A DNA stretch of 47,070 bases. Source: Octopus bimaculoides (taxonomy: Eukaryota). Shown here piece by piece: positions 1 to 12,759 of this stretch (position 1 is its first letter; each line of letters starts with the position of its first letter). Location: NCBI RefSeq assembly GCF_001194135.2, contig NC_068999.1, forward strand, positions 24,683,069 to 24,730,138, written 5' to 3'. The notes under the pieces are model-generated. The model saw only the letters and a program-made list of their open reading frames with translations. It was not told the origin of the DNA and searched no databases. Made by a program: the position numbers and the translations under genes.

Positions 1-48
<48 letters not shown>

Positions 49-314
49 GTATATATTCCTCCATGTCATCGGCTTGAAAATTGTTAAGATGTTAAGATAT
101 ATCCTCAACATGAATCCAAGGGTAGCCTTAATACGCAAATAAATCATTTTTATCCAACAATGCGGTGTTGAGCGCTCATTCTCATTGTTCGATATTAACG
201 TATATATACACATCTATCTATCTATCTATCTATTTATCTATCTATGTATCTCTATATGCATATGTATGTATATATATACGTATGTATATATTTATATATA
301 TGTATATATATATA

Positions 315-392
<78 letters not shown>

Positions 393-468
393 CATGTATA
401 TATATATATACATATACATATATATGTATATAAAAATATATATACTTACATATACACATATATACAAG
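1..468. repeat. Compound microsatellite (AC)n/(AT)n/(TATC)n
   Basis: Directly visible; source of spurious ORFs 165-585. Confidence 0.97.
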
Positions 469-854
469 TTTAGTAGAGTCAGAGGCTGGAACTTCCGTCT
501 AAGGGATAAAAATATCCGTCATACTACCGGTATAATTACATCTGTTAACCCTGGACATATATATGCAAGCAAATTATGCTCATAGATTACAGGTAATAAC
601 AAAAGATAAACATGAGTTTATCAGGAATCAAATTTAAAGTAAACAGAAAATGGAGAAATATTGATCAACAACAATTGACTTACATCATTTATCACTTTTT
701 AATTCAATACAAATAGACTGCATCCCATTCAACAGCTGTTTCTGCTTCCAATGTCATATGGTATTGCCATTGAAAATTCAGATATAATATTCATCATGGA
801 TATTATTTTTAGAACTTCCTGTTTCCACATGGTCTGAAGGAGATTAGTCATCTT

Positions 855-1017
855 GTATGTATGTATGTACGTATGTATGTATGTATGTATGTATGTATGT
901 ATGTATGTATGTATGTATGTATGTATGCATGTATGTACGTATGTATGTATGTACGTATGTATGTATGTATGCATGCATGTATGTATGTATGTATGTATGT
1001 ATGTATGTATGTATGTG
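855..1017. repeat. (TATG)n microsatellite
   Basis: Directly visible. Confidence 0.97.
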
Positions 1018-2518
1018 TGCAGTATTTCTGTGTGTTATAAAATATTAAAAGAATTTTAAAACATATTTTGAATTAAATTCAGGGGCCGCCAGTCAGCCTC
1101 TGGCATATAAAGTTAGCTAACTCATATTTCAACGATTTTAGGGAAAAGCAAACATGGTAACTCGTAACACCCCGTATTAGAAGGGCTTTTAACTGCACCA
1201 ATTAAGAAAGGTGTCAACCCTTGCATTTATGAAGCGTTCCATTGTTATTAAAAAGAAAAAAAAAGTATCATGGAAATGCCTATCATAAATCATAGTGCAT
1301 AGTTGAGTAACGGTGAGTTGTCTAATATGCATATTAGCGAAAAGAGCTTTCTGCCTTTAATGAGTTTAAGGATACTTTTATGAGGCTGTGCTACTTTTAC
1401 GTATATAACGGAGCCCAACTTAGCTACTGACACCAGTCGGTACTTCACACAGTTGTGGACACACCTTCAATTTACGTAAAATCATCTAATTTTCACCCTT
1501 TTTTTACAATCCCAATGAAAAGGTAAATAAATATTCGAGAAAATTTAACTGATTTGTAAGCAATAAATACAGTAGATAATAAAAAGAATGATAAAAAAAA
1601 AAATATATAGTATATTATTTATTGTCCAGAAAGCTCAGTAGTCGCTGTCTGGACATTAGCTGTCAATCGACATTTAATAAAGATTTCCATTAAAGTAGCG
1701 TGGAAGGGGTGAGCACAAAATACTGAACTCCAGCAAACGCTTTCTCAGCGGTGGTTCGGCTTTTCGTTTCACGCATGGCGGATTACAATAGGTTAGTATC
1801 AGCGTGAAAGATTGATCCGATTCAGTTCGTTAGTAGACTCAATGGGGGTTTTGGTAATTATCTCAACAAAATCATTTATAACAAAGGGTAAACTTATTTG
1901 TGTTTAGGAATAAGTTTCTTAATCGTTCTCGCTTGGAAAACCATTTATAAAGTTTACCAGGACAAAAACAAAAACAAGAGCAGACATAAATATGTCTCGA
2001 ATAAGTGAGGAGTTTAGGAAACAAGCGAGCGCGTTTGATTTGCTATGGGTCATACAGCACATTATGCACTTTGGTTAAGCAACATATCAATAACTACTAG
2101 AAACAAAATATAAAGCTAGTTATCTCTCATAGTCATTTCACTTTATATTGATGACGGTGTTGCTAATAGTTTTTGCAGGTAAATATGCCACAACAGTAAC
2201 ATTGCAACAAGTTAAAAGTCTGAAGTCCGAGGAAACTGTTGATAGTCTGTGTCATCAGCATTAGGGGAATTTCATAAGTTCAGTAGACGTTTTTTGGTTT
2301 TAGTTTTTTGTTAGATATGTATTTCTCGGTTATTCACATACAGCGATTTTTTTTTTAGAAAAATAAGGTCGCACTCGAGAGATGCCCCAAACAACTTCCA
2401 TAAAGGTCGAAGGTAGCCGTCGACTTTTTCTATCCAAAACAGTTTTTCAAACAAATGTTTACATACTATCATGTATAGCTTTATGTGTTTCGAGAACCAC
2501 TGTCCCCAACACGAATTT

Positions 2519-2830
2519 TATATACATACATACATACATACATACATACATACACACACACACATACATACATACATACATACATACACACACACATACA
2601 TACATACAAACATACATACATACATACATACATACATACACACACATACATACATACATACACACACACATACATACATACAAACATACATACATACATA
2701 CATACACACACATACATACATACATACATACATACATACATACATACATACATACATACATACATAATGAAAACAAAAGGAATACAGTTTATCTGACTCT
2801 TTCATGATTCTAATTCACTCACTCTCATAT

Positions 2831-2902
<72 letters not shown>

Positions 2903-3068
2903 GTGTGTGTATAAAATAATATATGGAAAACAGTACATTTAAAGTAATAAGGTTTTATATGGCAGATATATATCCGCGCGCGTGTGCGTGCGTGCGTGCG
3001 TGAGTGCGTGTGTGTGTGCATGAGTGCGTGCGTGCATGTGTGCGTGTGTGTATGTATGTGTGTGTGTG
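2519..3068. repeat. Compound (CATA)n, (CT)n, (CA)n, (TG)n microsatellites
   Basis: Directly visible. Confidence 0.95.
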
Positions 3069-3453
3069 ATGCACATATACTCAACCTAGAATTTATCCTC
3101 CTCATAATAAATATAACTCACAGGTAAACATAATAAACTAGTCGTATTATTCATTCTGTCGATCTATCATCTGACGAATAATGAAAATGTGTACTTCGTA
3201 ACTCCTATCCTTACCAAACGACCGACTATTATATATAATAAATGTGCTGGAGTAATGCTTAATGAATATTTTCAAGAATATCAACTTACTTAATATCGTT
3301 ATAACCCATCATTTACCTACAAACTTACGTACATCAGTATAGTGTAACATGCAAGAGCAAATATAATGCTCACCTCATTGTTGTCAATTATAGAAATAAC
3401 AACGACGTATATATTACTGAATATATGTCATATATATATATATTACTGACAGT

Positions 3454-3657
3454 TGGCGAGCTGGCAGAGTTGTTAGAGTGGCGATTAAAATGCGTAGTGA
3501 TATTTTGTCCGTCTATACGAGCTGAGTTCAAATTCCGCTGAGGTCTACTTTTCCTTTCATTCTTTCGTGGTCGAGAAGTAAAGTACTGGGGTCGATGTAA
3601 TCGATTAGCCTTCTCCTACACAATTTCAGGCCTTGTGCCTATGGTAGAAAGGACATT
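3454..3657 (+). mobile_element. tRNA-derived SINE, family A (GGCGAGCTGGCAG head, Deu/Nin-like body)
   Basis: Head tggcgagctggcag, B-box-like gagttcaaattcc and body gaggtc.actt..cctttcat are shared with about 10 other copies in the window; the Deu/Nin label is from memory. Confidence 0.85.
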
Positions 3658-4497
3658 ATATATTACCGATTGGAGAATTCCATGAAGCCAAATAATACAG
3701 TCAATTAATTTTAAAGTTACCCTTTGCTTATATTTTGAGAAGTTATCTTTAAACTGAGATCATCACCAACAGTGAGCAATATCTGTGAGAAAGACACACA
3801 TCAGCAACGTAATCTACCGAACCGCAAGCATGTACCACCGAGTAGTATAAATTCCCTATTCAGTAATATTTAGTTAATGTGTGATTCATTGGCTTACACG
3901 CGAATTCAGTTCCTCTCAAAGAGAACTTATCTACGATCGACTGTCTCCTATCCAGAAAAGTTGCTTATCGTTTTTTAACACTATAAATGAAAATAAATAA
4001 AATATAGAGGTACGTATGGGTTCAATAACTTTCCGCAATCCAGGAATAAACAAAGGAGTTTTTCTTAATCTCAGAACTGTGGCTTTCAGCAGTGTTTATA
4101 CTATGAATATATTTAAATTAGTTAAATTACTAGCAAGTTCGCTTGCTATGTTGAGCTGGGCAAACATTTATGGAAATGATTTGCTTTTTTCTGATCTCAA
4201 AGTTGCAAATGAAGAAACGCCCAGAAAAATTTACAATGCATAGATCTATGCATATGTTTAGTCAAATATGACACTCGGAGTATCGGCAGAGGGAATCGTC
4301 GCTTTTCAGTTAGTAAATTAAGATCCCAGTGCTGCAGCATTTCTTGTGTTGTTACTATATTTCGTATATTTGACACAATGTAATGCATTCAAATAAATAA
4401 ATAAATAAGAGACGATAAGTGATGTACTAGAAATAATGTAATTCAGAACGGACAATATAAGAAAGAATACATTATATATTTGCTTAACGACTCAGTG

Positions 4498-4569
4498 AGA
4501 AGAGTGGAGCAGTGGAAGCGTGCTGGGCCCATATTCTGGAGATCCATAGATCGAAAATACGTTCTGTGA
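4498..4569 (+). pseudogene. Decayed initiator tRNA-Met(CAT) gene
   Basis: 72 nt colinear with the eukaryotic tRNAiMet (GGAAGCGTGCTGGGCCCATA; initiator-type T-loop GATCGAAA); about 5 non-pairing stem positions; no CCA; TTTT at 4578-4581. Confidence 0.8.
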
Positions 4570-4721
4570 AGAAACTGTTTTCGATATTCATACATCGCAA
4601 CTGGGCTGTCTACAAATGTACGTACCAATTATATTTTGCAAAGGGTCATCAACTAACCAGGATATACCAAAACTCAACTAGCGCAACGGGCAAGGACGAC
4701 TGCATCAACAGGACATTTCGC

Positions 4722-4970
4722 ATGTATGCGTGTGTGTGTTCGTTTTTGTGTTTGTTCCCTACAACCAGTGTTGGTGTATTTACGTTCCCTTAACTTAGCA
4801 GTTCAGCAAAACCGACCGATAGAACAAGTACCAGGCTTAACAATAAATATATAAATAAATAAACTAAAGTAGTAAATACTGGGGTCGATTCATTCGACTA
4901 AAAATTCTTCAAGGCGGTACCTCAGCGTGGCCGCGGTCTAATGCCTGAGACAAGCAAAGGATAAAAGATA
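4722..4970 (+). mobile_element. SINE family B, 3' half
   Basis: Matches the 3' half of the full-length copy at 38864-39240 (gatagaacaagtacc, ggggtcgatt..ttcgactaaa, aaggcggt..c.cagc.tggcc). Confidence 0.8.
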
Positions 4971-5397
4971 AGTATGATTACTAAAACAAAGAATAGTTTT
5001 GTATATTTTTCTAAATTTTAAGCTTTAAAACAGCTTAAAACAAAACAAAAAAAAACCATATGAAGGGCAACAGTAACTTTAAAAGCAAAAAGAAAAAAAT
5101 TGCTTCCAGTGCGTTGCGAAGTTACAATCGATTGAGAATCTTTGGTTTGCGTATTTTAAAATTTGAATCCTTGGGAAAAAAAGACAATTCAGTCTTCGTA
5201 ATTAAAGAATAAGAATATATTTTCTAAAGTTCAGCATTTTAATATATCGTTGTCTTAATTGCGATGAAGGAACACTCGAACACTTACACATAATGTTTTC
5301 CATATTTCAGTACACTATCGTACAGAACTTTAATAGATTATGTCATTGGTTAGGTGCAGTTTTAAAATAAATTTAGTACAACCTTTTAAATGCAAAT

Positions 5398-5580
5398 ATT
5401 AAAAGCACAACGCTAGCAATGTTGAGGGGAGGGGGGAATAAGTCGATCAAATCGTCCCCAGTGTTTGACTTGTGTTTAATATCATCTACCGCAGAGGGGA
5501 AAAACCAAAGCTGGTCGCGGTGGGATTTGAACTTAGCCGGAAGAAATCGTACGAGGGATATTGTCCGCCAAATTCATCAC
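5398..5580 (-). mobile_element. SINE family A, degenerate
   Basis: Reverse complement aligns by eye to family A (aagtcgatcaaatcgtccccagtg, ggatttgaactta). Confidence 0.65.
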
Positions 5581-6350
5581 CCTAATATTATATATAAATT
5601 TAAAAAATGAAGCCTTCAGAAACTAAAAAGAAGGGAAACAGTATGGCTCTAGTCTCTCACAGTTCATCAAGGTATCCTATAGCCTAATAATCACATTGGC
5701 TCCACTTTCCAAGCAAAACCTGATCAAGAAAGAAAAGATCAAAGCCTTTCAATATTGTATTTCTACATTTCCTTCGAATTGATTTCTATGTCTGACATGG
5801 CAACAATTACACAGTCCCAACTGTAGGAAATCAAGATTTAAGGAATTTTTTTCAAGATTTACACGTCAATGTAAAGCGAGATTTTGTCGCTAACCTTTAT
5901 AGTCATTATAAATGTTTAGCTAAGAAGCTGACAGCTAACTTAGTTTCTATTGGTAGCGTTTGATAACCAGCAGCTTATTTCGGCAAACTTAAATTTCAGT
6001 TTAGCAACCCTATTATGTCTCGTTAAAATTCTAAAGAACATTTGTTACTACTCACCATTCTTTTTCTTTTCAAATTACTTTAGGCTGTCAGCAATTACTG
6101 CACATTTGACAATTCTTTTGATGGAAATCTTACAATCGGTGTTAAAAAAAAAAAGACAAAGAAAAATATATAAACACTTCTTAAGCTTCATCTCTTTTCA
6201 TTTCAAATTTATTTTCTTCGTCTCTAGTCTCTTTATCCTTCAAACGCTTTCTCTTTGTTTGCTATTATATACTATAATGTGCCATAACTACTACTGGTAG
6301 TACTCACAAAACCACTGCATTCTATTACTTCACTACTCCTACATTACCCT

Positions 6351-6397
<47 letters not shown>

Positions 6398-6645
6398 TAA
6401 CTACTACTACTAACACATTTTGTGAAGTGTAATGTTTGTGATAATTTAATAATATCGACGCTGGTGGGATATTACGCAAAATTAATCTTTGATAAATCCA
6501 AATGAAATATTGTAAATCATTAAGAATTCAGTTTCTCTGCTGTATACTTAGGTGATGGTGGTGGAGGTTTATAAATCATCAAAAGGAAAAAAAAAAAGTG
6601 AAATTATGACGTTCAACCATTCTGGGATTGCAATGTCCCCTAAAT

Positions 6646-7350
6646 CACTGGTTCTCAAACATTTTTTATCTATGGATCACTTTGATTCTTATTTTATTCT
6701 GGTGAACCCCCATAGCCATTCGATGTTTAAAAACTAGTTATATAAATACTTCTTTCAAAATTCTCATTTTGTTTTTCAGATATTAACTTGTGTAGGTTGA
6801 ACTATACAGGGTGATTCAAAAGTCGCCATACATAGGCACGATTTATGTTTTTTATAAGAAACGGTTTATAAGAACAGTTTTTTAAAAATTTAACAGGCTC
6901 TATATCGTTACCATTGTTTTGAATACACATTGCAATACGTTTACCCAACTCATTGTGAACTCGTAATAGCAGATATGGTGATACTTGTGCAAAGGTGTTG
7001 GTGATGCGTTCCTTCAAATGATTTATGTTTGTTTTTTTTTATCTTTTCGCGATACACCATGCCTTTCAAATTCCCCCAAAGATAGAAATCAAGAGGGCTC
7101 AGATCAGGGGATCTTGAGGATCTTACAAACTGTTTCATATAAAAAAATAAAGTTTCCCTATGTATGTAGACTTTTGAATCACCCTGCATAGAGAAAGAAA
7201 CCTAGTTGTTTCTTCCAATCTAAATCAATTTTTTTTTTCATAGACCTTTAATATACAACTGTGTGTATCCAATTTACTATTTTGCTTGCGTGGACCACCA
7301 AAATCTTAAATGAACCCAGGGGTCATATCGAGCCCGGTTAAGAACCACTG
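6646..7350. mobile_element. hAT (Charlie-like) non-autonomous element
   Basis: TIRs cactggttctcaaac / ggttaagaaccactg; 8-bp flanks ccctaaat (6638-6645) and cgctaaaa (7351-7358) match 6/8, consistent with a decayed TSD. Confidence 0.75.
6807..7186 (-). mobile_element. Tc1/mariner-superfamily deletion derivative nested in the hAT element
   Basis: ~30-bp TIRs with the first 18 bp perfect (cagggtgattcaaaagtc); TA on the left, CA on the right; minus strand encodes RSPDLSPLDFYLWGNLKGMVY and ...RIAMCIQNNG, typical of a transposase C-terminus. Confidence 0.9.
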
Positions 7351-8911
7351 CGCTAAAAAAACCCTTCATTACACAAAAAGTCACTTTTAAATTTGAGATA
7401 TAGTTTATTGAGTCTGATAGTTATCTTATCGTCTTAAGCGCAATTTGAACCGAGAACTGCGAGGTACCAATATTAAAATTGTAAATTATCTCTTCGGAAT
7501 TACTGTCTGCATTCATGCACAGTTGTTTGCTACTGCTGCTGCAGCTACATTAACCATGCTCCAGCGTTACAGCCATTAGGATGGCTTTATCTTCTTCTTC
7601 TTCTTCTTCTTCTTCTTCTTCTTCTTCTTCTTCCAATGCTGCTGCTACTGTCATAGCAAAAGTGATTACCTGGATTTCGGTTTGTTTCGGAAGGGAGTTT
7701 AATATACAGAGAAAGAACATTGAAAGAACAACAATAAAACTAACATTTAAACGAAATCAGAAAAAAAAATGTAAGGAAGGAAAATAGAAAATAAAATTGA
7801 AAGAACGTAAGAAATAAAGATGAGAATAAAGAAGAAAAATAACTAAACAAAAGCATAAACGCCAGAAAGAATTCAATAATTATGAGGGTCTGTTTAATGT
7901 ATGAACAGTAAATGTGATAGGTAGACGGGTGCAAGAGTCGTCTGTCATATCTAAACATCCACAATTCATAGCTAAAGCGACTCAAAACCAACAACGCCGA
8001 CAGGTGGTAAGAAGTCTGCTTTCAAGTATTCGCCTGTAGCATGACATGGTAATACAATACAGCCTAAGCCAATTATGTGTCCATTAAGTTGTACGGTGTA
8101 GAATCTTCTGGAGGACTTTTGCTACCTCTTGACAATGGAGCTAAAGTTGCCGTCTAATGCAGCTTAATGACAACAATGAACGGAAAATGAGCTTAGTGTG
8201 ACGTCAACAAGCCGGTGACGTTGCTTCTAGATTAAGTTCGATGTTCCGATTTAAGTAGGGTAAAATAACTCGTCTGCTAAACGTCAAAATTTCAGCACTT
8301 CTTTGCAAGCCAGACAAAGAGGTTATTGTCGGCAAGGTGAAAAGGGTTGTCAACTCTCACCAAGCGGTTCACTTTCTCGGCAGATCTCACATCATACATG
8401 AATTGTCCTGTTCAATGGAGGTCTGCAATTGTGTGTCGTCTGCTCCGACTCAGGTTCCGTAGTTGTTTAATTAATTTGTATGGGATATCCGACAGACGTC
8501 GCTGCTGATTGATCACTCCGGGTGGCCGTCCACTGTAGCTACGTCTGTAGTTAGACATTTTAGATCACCATCTGAAACATTACTATCACTTCTAACGGCA
8601 GGGATTTTGTCGCCTCAAAGCCTATAACCCAGGTCACTGTTTTATACAATGAAGTTGCCTGTTTTAATTATCGAATGAAAAGAGAAAAGGCGATGAAAGT
8701 GAGAGTAAAGAAGAAAGGAAGGAGAACGGGCGAGGAAAAAATGTGATGAAACAGAAAGAGAAGTGGAGGATGTAGAGAAAAGACAAAAAAGAGAGAGGTG
8801 GCGATAAAGATAGAAAAGAAGATAATAGAGACATTGCTAGCAAGTTAGATAGGTAAAAATAAAGGTGATATAGGAAAAAAAAGCTAAGAATGTGCATGAA
8901 TAACAGAGAAA

Positions 8912-8987
<76 letters not shown>

Positions 8988-9118
8988 GAGAGAGAGGAAG
9001 AGAGAGAGAGGGGGGATCGGAAGGAGAGAAATATGAGAAATGAAAACAAGAATGAAAGAGAAAGGAATCGATATGGTAAAGTTTGAAACTAGAAGGACAA
9101 AATAAAATAATCATTTCT

Positions 9119-9305
9119 AATTCAGGCTCAATGCCAGTAAATTTGCAGGAGTTTAAGTCAATTATATCGATCCCAGTGCTTTATTTTATCAATCCCAGGG
9201 GAGTGAAAGACAAAACTAACATTGACGGGATTTGAGCTCAAGACATAAAGAGCCAGAAAAATACTCCAACATATTTTGACCGACGCTTTAATGATTCCAT
9301 CAATC
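9119..9305 (-). mobile_element. SINE family A, degenerate
   Basis: Reverse complement aligns to family A. Confidence 0.7.
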
Positions 9306-9609
9306 TACAACTGTGAGAGAGCCTATTTATCTTTTGCATGTAAGGTCGATGTTTAACGATGACAGCAACATATGTTTTGTGCGAGTAATATATCCATACA
9401 AAATATACAGACCGAAGACTATATCAAGTTTGGTAGTATCCAATAGATTTTAAGACGAAGGAAGATGTACAGTACACGACAGGATATGTGACAGATTTTT
9501 ACCCAAGGAGTTTATACGTATTGTTGATATAAGAAACGCTAAGTGCTTAACCGTCCTCTTAAACTATGTGATACTAACAGGAAAAAATCATTGCAATTAA
9601 CGGAATCAA

Positions 9610-9828
9610 AAGCAGCGAACTGCAAAATCGTTAACTCACTTAACAAAGTGCTTAGCGGCATTTCTTTCAGCTTTATGTTCAGGGCTCAAATTTTGTCGAG
9701 GTCGACTTTGGCCTTTCAAACTTTCGGGGTCGATAAAATAGGTACCAATTGACACAGTGGTTGCTGTAATCGACTAGCTCCTTCCCACCAAATTTCAGAC
9801 TTTGTGCTGATAGTAGAAAGAACTATTA
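9610..9828 (+). mobile_element. SINE family A
   Basis: gtgcttagcggcattt, gaggtcgactttggcctttca, ggggtcgataaaataggtacc, tagtagaaag tail. Confidence 0.88.
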
Positions 9829-10700
9829 ATGGAATCACATTCAGCTAGTTGTGAGTAGACTAAAGTTTAGTAGAACAAAAGAATTACAAAACGGCAAAGT
9901 TCTCTTTGAGAGATAATGGTTAATTCATGAAAATCGGTGCTCTAGATTTCAGTAATAGTTCATTTTGATTAAGGATGATCAGATATTTTTTCCTTTTATT
10001 AACAATTGATTTGTTTTGTGGGAATAAACAAACAGGTTACAAAAGAGTCATTTGTGATGTAACTGAAATGGGATTGTGATTGGGAATCGAAATCGATATA
10101 TCGAACTCCGCTGGAGAGGACCTTATCAAAACAACTTGCTGTAAATTTTGAGAAATTGCTTTTCATATTCATGAATTATAAATTGTTGAAAGGTAAAATA
10201 GATTATCGCCTGCTTGTTACTTAATAACCATAAAGCAGCCAGGAAAGATAGAAAGTAATATTTTAGGTTCAATAGTTTATATTCAGTCGTACTTTGCGTG
10301 TTCAATCATACTTTAATGATTTACAGCGAGGCAAACACCATGGAATAGGAGATAAGCTCTAGTTTGGACTAAAGTGCCACAAGATTTTAATTCCAATTTG
10401 AAACCATATGAATTAAATTTCTGCTATGCATGGTAAAAACAGAAACAAAAAATAATATTGCTTCAAACCAATTTTTATGACAACATCGAATGGAGAATAG
10501 CTTAATTTCCAATGGAAGAAAATGAAAGAATATAAACTTTTCTATACATCTTTTTATTCACCATCGCTGTATATACTGTAAACATTTATTTATCTCTCTT
10601 CTATCGACACAAGGTCTGAAATTTTCGGGGATCTTTTTCTGTTGCTTCTGAAATAGGTATTTCTGCAATCCTATGGTGGTTATTATTATTATTATTATTA

Positions 10701-10766
<66 letters not shown>

Positions 10767-10768
<2 letters not shown>

Positions 10769-11121
10769 TCCACCTTAGTGAAGGCGGAGGTTTTATTTTC
10801 AGTCGTGTTTGTTTGTCCGCGGACAAGATATCTGAAGAACCGCTGGATGGATTCAGATGGCACTTTCAAGGATGTTTGGCCTCGTGACTGGTAGGAACTG
10901 ATTAGATTTGGGGATCGATCCGGTACCGGACATGGATTCTGGATTATTTTTCCTGTTCTTTTTACTTAATTTTTGAGGGTGGTCGGCTTCATTTTTAGTA
11001 TTCTCGTTTGTGAGAGCAGTCGAGTTTATTTCAGAGATTCTCATTTTAAAAATCATCTCTGGCAAATCTTTGAGAGGATGTTGGTGTTGCCTTGGCGGAG
11101 GTTTGCGCTCTCTGAATGCTA
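10767..11121 (+). mobile_element. HINE (non-autonomous Helentron, DINE-1-like)
   Basis: 5' hairpin cctccacctt-agtg-aaggcggagg (10767-10790); 3' subterminal inverted repeat ccttggcggagg (11090-11101) followed by stem-loop gcgctctctgaatgc; T-rich ends; no TSD. Confidence 0.8.
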
Positions 11122-11163
11122 TTATTATTATTCTTATTATTCTTCTTCTTATTATTATTACAA

Positions 11164-11291
11164 CTCAAATTGTGCTGAGGTTGAATTTGCCTTTCATCCT
11201 TTCGGATGAAATAAGTACCAATTACGCACTGAGGTTGATGTAATCGACTAGTGCCCTTCCTCAACATTTCAGGCCTTGTGCCTATAGTAGA

Positions 11292-11340
<49 letters not shown>
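11164..11340 (+). mobile_element. SINE family A, 5'-truncated, with (ATT)n tail
   Basis: Family A body followed by an (ATT)n run. Confidence 0.85.
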
Positions 11341-11341
<1 letters not shown>

Positions 11342-11342
11342 G

Positions 11343-11570
11343 AAGGTACAGAGCTGACAGAATCGTTATCGCGCCGGACAAAATACTTAGCGGCATTTCG
11401 CCCGTCTTTACGCACTGAGTTCAAATTCTGCTGAGGTCAACTTTGCCTTTCATCTTTTCGGGGTTTATGAAAATTAGTACCAGTCGAGCTCTGGTGGGGT
11501 GATGGTATCGACTATATCCCTATCCCCAAATTTCGGGCCTTGTGCCTATAATAAAAAAGATTATTGTTAT
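11343..11570 (+). mobile_element. SINE family A, full length, head-to-tail with the previous copy
   Basis: gagctgacagaatcgtta head through ccttgtgcctata tail. Confidence 0.88.
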
Positions 11571-11575
11571 TTTAA

Positions 11576-11790
11576 GTTCGTCCGTCGTTGTCGACGATGA
11601 TGACCAAGGATATCAGGTGGGAGAAGACGGGGCACGATGTGTTCGGCTATGGCCGAACAGTCTGTTGCGTACTCGGAAGGTTTTGCCACGAGTCGGGTAC
11701 TGGTGGGCTGTTGGGACTCGTGTTAGCTTTGTGCCCCTGCAATCCTATTCTGTTTATAAAGGGTGGAACCTCTGCTGGTGCATCTTTGAT
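11576..11790 (-). mobile_element. RTE LINE 3' terminal fragment
   Basis: Minus strand reads YPTRGKTFRVRNRLFGHSRTH*, resembling the RTE C-terminal zinc finger CPxCxRTFRAxIGLxGHLRT, followed by a short 3' UTR. Confidence 0.65.
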
Positions 11791-12265
11791 ACATACATAC
11801 ATAAGGACTGAGATACATACTGCCTAAATACCATTCTTGAGAGATTAGGCTTCTCAAAAAAGAAAGGAGAAAGGTAATTCGAAAACTACAGATCTAATCC
11901 ATTACTGGAACTGTAAAAATCTATAAAACTTTCCAAAAGTTTATTATTTAAATATATATAAGCATGTCGAGATATGCAACTATATGCATGAGAATACATA
12001 CATGAAACAAAACATACAAATCTGCACACATACATACATACATGCATACATACATACATACATACATACATACATACATACATACATACAAAAGTAACCA
12101 GTTGTTGATGTTGGAATTCCAACAAAAGAGCTTTGGATCTAGGTTAGAAACCGGCTCTTTCTCTATTGGCAAGAAATCTTGAAATAAAACTGAATAATGA
12201 CATACATACATGATGGCTGCAAACTTGAGTTCGAGTATTGCCATCGGCTGATCAAGAGTCCCACT

Positions 12266-12354
12266 TATGCGAAGGCATCGCTTGAAACAAATTGCCTACG
12301 ACCAACCATTTTGTGTTAGGTCTTAATTTGTTTTTCAAGCGATGCCTGTGCATG
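12266..12354. ncRNA. Candidate pre-miRNA-like hairpin
   Basis: About 32-bp stem (15-bp perfect core) and 18-nt loop; structure only, no expression evidence. Confidence 0.3.
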
Positions 12355-12759
12355 ATCATTTTTTTTTTATAGTGGGGAAAGGATTTGCACAAACCCAATC
12401 CCATTCTCTGAACATTGACAACATAAACTCGAAAAGAAGAACTAGTCTACATCATCAAATATTGTCAGTGTCGAAAGGGGCCTCCCACTCCAAATGCGCC
12501 AACGGCACGCCTGGATACTAACTCAGGTATTTCCATGTCCCCGCGCATACATACATGCATACATACACATGTACACATATTGTTGGCTGGCCCTTTGGCA
12601 GGTCTTATTTTTCGTACTGCAGGGTGTCCAACAATCACCCTCCTCACCAAGTAAGCATGGTCGAGTCGTCGGCGACATACATACGTACATACATACACGC
12701 GCGCGCGCACACATACATGCATACATACATACATACATACATACATACATACATACACA

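Noticed and set aside
1991-2265. ATG-initiated MSRISEEFRKQASAFDLLW and nearby GCAG/GTAAAT sites
   Set aside because: Short, no recognisable homology, and no consistent splice chain.
165-3105. Many 60-140 aa ORFs (YI, HT, MYVC, ER repeats), also at 12.5, 18.4, 21.4, 26.3, 34.5 and 40.8-42.9 kb
   Set aside because: Translations of microsatellites or N gaps; no coding signal.
3150-3200. CTGACGA-ataat-GAAA hammerhead-like string
   Set aside because: Stem I does not pair in either type I or type III topology.
4131-4148. tagcaag-TTCG-cttgcta hairpin, and a 16-bp palindrome near 4237
   Set aside because: Short; closing pair is G-C rather than C(UUCG)G; expected by chance in 47 kb.
7990-8640. GC-richer non-repetitive block, possible degenerate transposon
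   Set aside because: No frame I examined gave a recognisable motif, and stop density was near random.
12480-12680. Repeat-like segment, possibly an RTE 5' region
   Set aside because: Family could not be assigned and no ribozyme fold could be completed.
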